Positions 47,624-53,082 of a DNA stretch of 53,082 nt are shown piece after piece; position 1 is the first letter of the stretch; every line of letters begins with the position of its first letter. The notes beneath the pieces are model-generated. The model had not been told where the DNA came from, did no database searches, and saw only the letters and a list, made by a program, of their open reading frames with translations. The DNA is taken from positions 2,856,127-2,909,208 of the forward strand of contig MU053594.1 of NCBI GenBank assembly GCA_013239625.1, read 5' to 3'. The DNA comes from Lama guanicoe (Eukaryota). A program made the position numbers and the translations under genes.

Positions 47624-48659
47624 GTGAGTTTTCTCCCTCTTTCATGAGAGCCTTTTTTTTAGCAAAACTTTTCATTCCTGAAAACCAAGTTTTCAAAGTT
47701 CTTTGCCTTTATACAGGCAAAGACCCAAACTTCCAGCCAGATGAGGTATTTTTTTTTCTTTTGAATTTTCTAAGTGTTTTGAAAGGAAAGCTGGAGCTTT
47801 AGAAGATGGGTTTATAAATCAGCGGTAGGAGTGACTGACGGGTAATCAGCGGTTGGTTGTGGTACGGTCTGTTCTTTCTTCACTATCCTTCCCCCTTTAA
47901 CCTTATGCCCACTGCAGAGTCAAAGGCACCAGGCAGTGCGGCAGGTGCTTCAATGCCTTCTTTGTACTGTAATGCATTGCATTGTGTGTTCCCCCTAAAT
48001 GATCACATTATTAAAAGAAGGCCGTCAGTGATGGGTGTCAGGAGACGCTGGTGCCCTACCTGGATCTGGCACTGATGATCATGGGAAGATGAAGGTAATT
48101 TCCACAGAAATCTCTCCTTAGCCTGCTAAGCTAATCTGAATTCCCTGGGAACATAGCCATCTGTTACCCTCCCCATAATAAAGACTCCAGAGTGATAAAA
48201 AGTGGTGCTCAACACAGGAGGACCATCATTAATTACCCTAACCCGTGTTTGAGCTTTAAACCATCAGTCTGAAAGTAAGATTGTATAGAAATAAAAGCAT
48301 ATGTATCATACCAAAAAGTGTGAGTTGGGGGTGGGAGGATAGCCGAAAATTGATGCTGAATGTTTGGAGCTGCTTTTGTAAACCTGAACAAACTGGGATA
48401 CCCCATGGACAGTGGCCACTGTTTTATGCTCATCTCCACACACATGCATGTCCAGCCCTGTCTCTTTCGGTTGATGACCTAGCCCCAACCTCATACTTTA
48501 TTGAAATCACTGGTCAGGACTCCTTCGTCTTGCCAACACCAGTGATAAAAACTGACCCTGCATTTGCACCAGTCCTCCTCTCTCCCACAGAGTTAAAGTG
48601 AGTTTTTGAACTCTAAGGCTGTTTACTCACATCTTTGGGGTGTTATGGAGATACTACAG

Positions 48660-48792
48660 TTTTCCATCCCCTGAAACGAGAGCTCCATGAAGGCAGAGAG
48701 TTGAGTCTGTTTTGTTCACTGCTATGTTTTCAGCACCTGAAACAGTGTCTGCATATATAAATTGAACTCAATAAATATTTGTTGAATGAATT
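48660..48792. mobile_element. L2 3' end
   Basis: agctccatgaaggcagag..tctgttttgttcactgctatg..cagcacctgaaacagtg..ctcaataaatatttgttgaatgaat. Confidence 0.75.
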
Positions 48793-49251
48793 CTTTTATT
48801 GACAGGTCTGTTGCTGGTACTCATTGTAGACACAAAGGGAATGTTGCCTTTATAACTATGCTGAGGAAAATGGTGTTTTACTCTTCTATCTTTATACCCA
48901 TGTTGTTCAAAATGATTTCTCTGGGTCCCTTGTCAGTAAAATAAATTTATTTTAACTGACTTGACCAAAACAATCAGGGGTCAAGAATCCTAAGAGTTTT
49001 ACCCAACTTTGTCAACAGCTTGCTTAATTAAACTGTAGGCATCCTCTGTGTGTTAGTCCTCTGTTTCTCTCTGTTGGAAGTTAGGATACTATTGGTTGCA
49101 GCTGTAAGATGATTCACACTAAGGGAAGGAGTGACTACAGACCCATGGTGGCAACCTACCTGTGAAACTGAAAATTAAACAAATGAACCAGTTTTGTATT
49201 TTTTTAATACCCAAGATTTTGATGAACTGCTGCTTTGGAAACCACTGACTT

Positions 49252-50015
49252 AGACCAGGGCTCAATAGACTTTTTCTGTAAAGGGCCAGATAGTGAAATT
49301 CGCAGATCAAGAGACAGAATTGACGGTATTACACAGGTACTTAAATAACAAGAGGAAAAGCAAATTTTCACAAATTTTTTATCGAGGACATTCGATACAT
49401 AGTAATAGAGTACAATTTTGTGTAGTACAGATCTACTGAGGAATTGGATTGTTTTGAGGGAATAACATTTTGCTTAATTGAAGTGCAAAGTTAGTATTCC
49501 AGTTATCACCATTGAATGGAAAGTGTTCTGATCTGTAATTAGGTTTTATGTATTTCATCATCTTTGAAAATACCTTTTCACACAAGTAGGTACTGCCAAA
49601 TACTGAGATACCACGCTACAAGTGTACAATTTTAATTGAGCATGTTTCTCTCTTCAGAGACATTTGTAGAATTTTGTTAGATTCTTCTTTTGATATTTGC
49701 CTTTTGGCGTGTCGTTTCACTGCAGATTAATCACTTCCAATTGAAAGTTAGGTAGAAGTGAAAGGCTTTTGAAACATGAAAGTCCCCTTTGCACAGGTCA
49801 ATTGCACAGTTAAAGGATTTGCAAATGTAGAAATATCCTTTGCACTTACATTGTGGCAGGTAAATACTGCTAGACTTGTAGTTTGAGCTCAGAAAATATA
49901 ACTGCTACAGTTTTTTTTACGGGAATGGAGATCTTGCTGCTTGTTTTGACTTTAGATGGCAAGGAAAGTGTGAAAGTAGCTTGACATTACTTGATCACTA
50001 AATGTCATTAAATGT
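49252..50015. mobile_element. hAT-Charlie (Charlie1/MER58-like) DNA transposon remnant
   Basis: ccagggctcaatagactttttctgtaaagggccagatagtgaaatt terminal motif, followed by Charlie-like internal sequence. Confidence 0.6.
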
Positions 50016-50022
50016 CAAAGTA

Positions 50023-51540
50023 GTGTTTTTGTTTTCTTTAGATAAATACCCAGCAGTTGAATTGCTGTGTCATATGGTTGCACTATTTTTACTTTTTGGA
50101 GAAACCCCCATGCTGTTTCCCATAGCGGCTGCCCCAAGTTGCACCAACAGTGCGTGAGGGTCCCCTTTCTCCACATCCTCACCAACACTTGTCATTTGTG
50201 TCCTGCTGATAATAGCCATTCTAACAGGTGTGAGTTTCCATCTCATTGTGGTTTTGATTTGCATTTCCCTGAGAATTAGTGATGTTGAGCATCTTTTCAT
50301 GTGCCTGGTTGCCATCTTTATATGTTTCTTGGAAAAAGTCTCTTCAAATCCTCTGCCTATGTTTAATTGGGTTTTTTTTTTTTGCTGTTGAGTTATATGA
50401 GTTCTTTATACATTTTAGACATCAGATATGTGATTTGCAAATACTTTCTCCCGTCAACTTATTGAAGTAGGTTGATTTTTCATTTTGTTAATGGGTTCCT
50501 TTGCTGTGCAGAAGCTTTTTAGTTTGATGTACTCCTTCATTTTTTTCTTTTGTTGATTTTCATTTTTGGTGTCAAATGCAAAAAAAAAAATTTATTGCTC
50601 AGACCAATGTCAAGTAATTTACCCCCATGTTTCCTTCTAGGAGTTTTATGATTTCAGGTCTTATATTCACGTCTGATCCATTTTGAATTAATTTTTGTGT
50701 ATGGTGTGGTCCAGTTTCATTTTTCACTTACTGCTGTCCAATTTTTCCACTAGAACAAATCATAAAATTTATATGGAACCACAAAAGACCTAGAATTGTT
50801 AAAGCATTACTGAAGAAAAAGAAGGAGCCTGGAGGAATAACCCCCCCCCAGACTTCAGACAATAGTACAGAGCTACAGTAATCAAAACAGCATGGTATTG
50901 GTACAAGAACAGACATCTGGATCAGTGGAACAGAATAGAGAGCCCAGAAATGAACCCACATCACTTTTGAAGAGACTGTCCTTTTTCCATTATATATTCC
51001 GGGGGGTATCCCAGTGGCCCTGCCCCTCAGACCAGTGCCTTAAAATTAGGAAATTAGTCTCTTTAACATAAAGTCAGTGATTTGGAAAGAACTGCTTCTG
51101 CCCTGAGCCCTGGGGTGGGTAGTGTGCACACAAGTGCTCTAAGAACTGTTCCCCAGTTCACCATGGACCACAGATCTCCTGGGCGTGAGCTCTCTTGGCC
51201 TTCAAAGTGAGATGTTTTAGGGGCTCGTCTCTCAGGTGCCAGACCTTAAAAGTTGGGGTGACCTATGTGGGGTACAAACCTTTCACTCCTGGGGAAGGTC
51301 CGGGTTTTGAGGAGATTTTAAGTTCCCTCCCAACTGTGGGTTGTTGCACTAGGGGTGGGGTTTATGGTGAGATTGTCTGAGCCTTTTCTAGCCACTTCCC
51401 TCTCATTTGCCCAATGTGACAGTCTCTCTGTCAGTTTTTAGGTTTTTTCCCAGAGAAAACTGTCACATAGGTAGCTGTAGATATGGTGTGTGCGTGGGAG
51501 GAGGTGAGATCAGGATCTTCCTATGTCACCATCTTGCTAA
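50023..51540 (-). mobile_element. Antisense L1 fragments (ORF2 3' part with an inverted insert at ~50750-50960, then a 5' UTR-like piece)
   Basis: Minus-strand peptide RHMKRCSTSLILREMQIKTTMRW.LTPVRMAII; plus-strand insert encodes [27 protein letters not shown]. Confidence 0.8.
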
Positions 51541-52439
51541 AATCTCTCATTAAAGGGTTTTTTGTTGTGATTATTCTTTAACAATCTATGAGGACAAACT
51601 TCTGAGCATTATACTTTTTAATATTCAGCTCCCTAATAGAAGCGTGGAGAAACGACAGCTTGGACCTTGTCGGGGCTGTCTGGGATGCTAGGCTTTCCTG
51701 AATCCCACCTGCCCTGCATTTACATCTCCCTTACAGTTTTTATAGCAATTGCATGTCTTTTCATCAGTCTTTGACATTTGGAAAGTAAGAGCTGTGCATT
51801 AAAGCTCTGCAAGAAAGTAAACTTTAATCAAATTTTTTTTCTCTCAGCCCCAGAGGGAACGTGAGCTCTAAAATTGAATGTTGTACATAGTAAAAGACAT
51901 GGCTGCAGCTGAAAGTATTTATAATAAAGTTCAGGACTCAATTTCTGCTTTATCCTCTGTCTGCACTTGTAGGATAGCTGGGTATATAACTTTATGATAG
52001 AGCATTCTTCCTAAGAATTGTATGAAAGCTAAAAAAAAAAGCAAATAATTCTGACAGTTTTAGAAATAATGAAACCAGATTAAATGTGAGGAAACCGGAC
52101 TGAGTACAACTACTCATCATATGTAAACATACATACTCAACAAACATTTGCACAGATTGGCATTGCTGGCACCCAGGAACCTTCCCGTCCTGGATTTAAG
52201 AATGAGTTCAGCTTCCTTTCCTGTTCTCTAAGATGGTGCAGGTTGGGAATGTCAGGACAGGAAGAAAGTGCTTTAGTTAAGCAGAGTCTGGTATTCCTTC
52301 CTGTCCACACACTTCCCGAAGCCTGTTAAACAAGTGGAGAATGGATGTGGGGAGGAGGTCCTCTTTCTGGGAAGGAGATTGGTGTCTTGGCAGCTCTGTT
52401 CAAGGCTGCTGTGGACCTATGCCCTGGGCAAAGTAACAC

Positions 52440-52590
52440 TTTTCAAACATTATCCTACTTAATTCAGTGAGGCTGTGAGCTGTAGGTGGTGTTCTCATTT
52501 TAAAATGAAGAAGCAGGATAAGTAACTTGCACAAATAAATATCTGAAGCAGGAGTCTAGCTGGGCTCCTGACTCCTGAAACAAAGACCTT
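52440..52590 (-). mobile_element. MIR remnant
   Basis: ctcattttaaaatgaagaagcaggataagtaacttgcaca..ctgactcc. Confidence 0.5.
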
Positions 52591-53082
52591 TACACCTGGG
52601 TGTATGAGCATTTATGATGCACTTCCTGTATCCTGAGGAAGCCAGGGGTGGATGATGGTCTAGATGCTGTTCAGTAAAATGTTTCCTATTTGATTATCTT
52701 CCCACGACGTGGCTTTTTTAGTATTTGGTTTATGTTGGGTATGCTGAGGAAATAAACAGTATGAAACACTTGATTGAAATGAGCACCGGGCACTGCCGAC
52801 CGTGCCCCCCTCTGCCCCAAAATCATCTCCTTTTGTGTCCCATGGTCAGAGAGAGCTGGGGGGTAATGCACCATCTCTGGCAGCATGGTTGGGGGTCAGG
52901 GCCTCAAAGCCAGAGCGTGATGACCGTTTCATGCACTGTCCTTGGTGAAAAATGTAGTCAGACTCTATGTGGGCACCACCTGTGGGCCCATTCGCCTCAA
53001 GAGCTGTTTCGCATCTGCCCCACTCAACGCAGTTTTCGGGGGTCAGCCAGAGGTTTGGGCAGAATTCATGCCCATTATTTGG

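Overview
Mammalian genomic DNA, most likely camelid (a young vic-1-type tRNA-derived SINE with a perfect 16-bp TSD at 45900-46034). The window holds the 5' part of a plus-strand ARHGAP20 (Rho GTPase-activating protein 20) or ARHGAP20-like gene: a CpG-island promoter (~3050-5050) and nine coding exons (3993-47623; 952 nt). These splice through GT-AG sites into one open frame encoding the N-terminus, PH domain and Ras-association region; the RhoGAP domain lies beyond the window. Two sense-oriented processed pseudogenes sit in introns: a truncated NOL4L copy (intron 2) and a full-length PSMD5 copy with 16-bp TSDs (intron 7). The rest is L1, L2, MIR, MLT and hAT remnants plus microsatellites. Most unusual: (i) a 103-bp-period duplication of the start-codon region that creates an out-of-frame upstream ATG overlapping the main start; (ii) an internal triplication in the PSMD5 retrocopy that enlarges a CpG-dense island next to a strong splice donor, a candidate retrocopy-derived internal promoter; (iii) apparently elevated protein divergence with the frame intact, suggesting a diverged paralog. 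Gene identities and human comparisons are from recalled protein sequences, not database searches. No prokaryotic-type systems are present.
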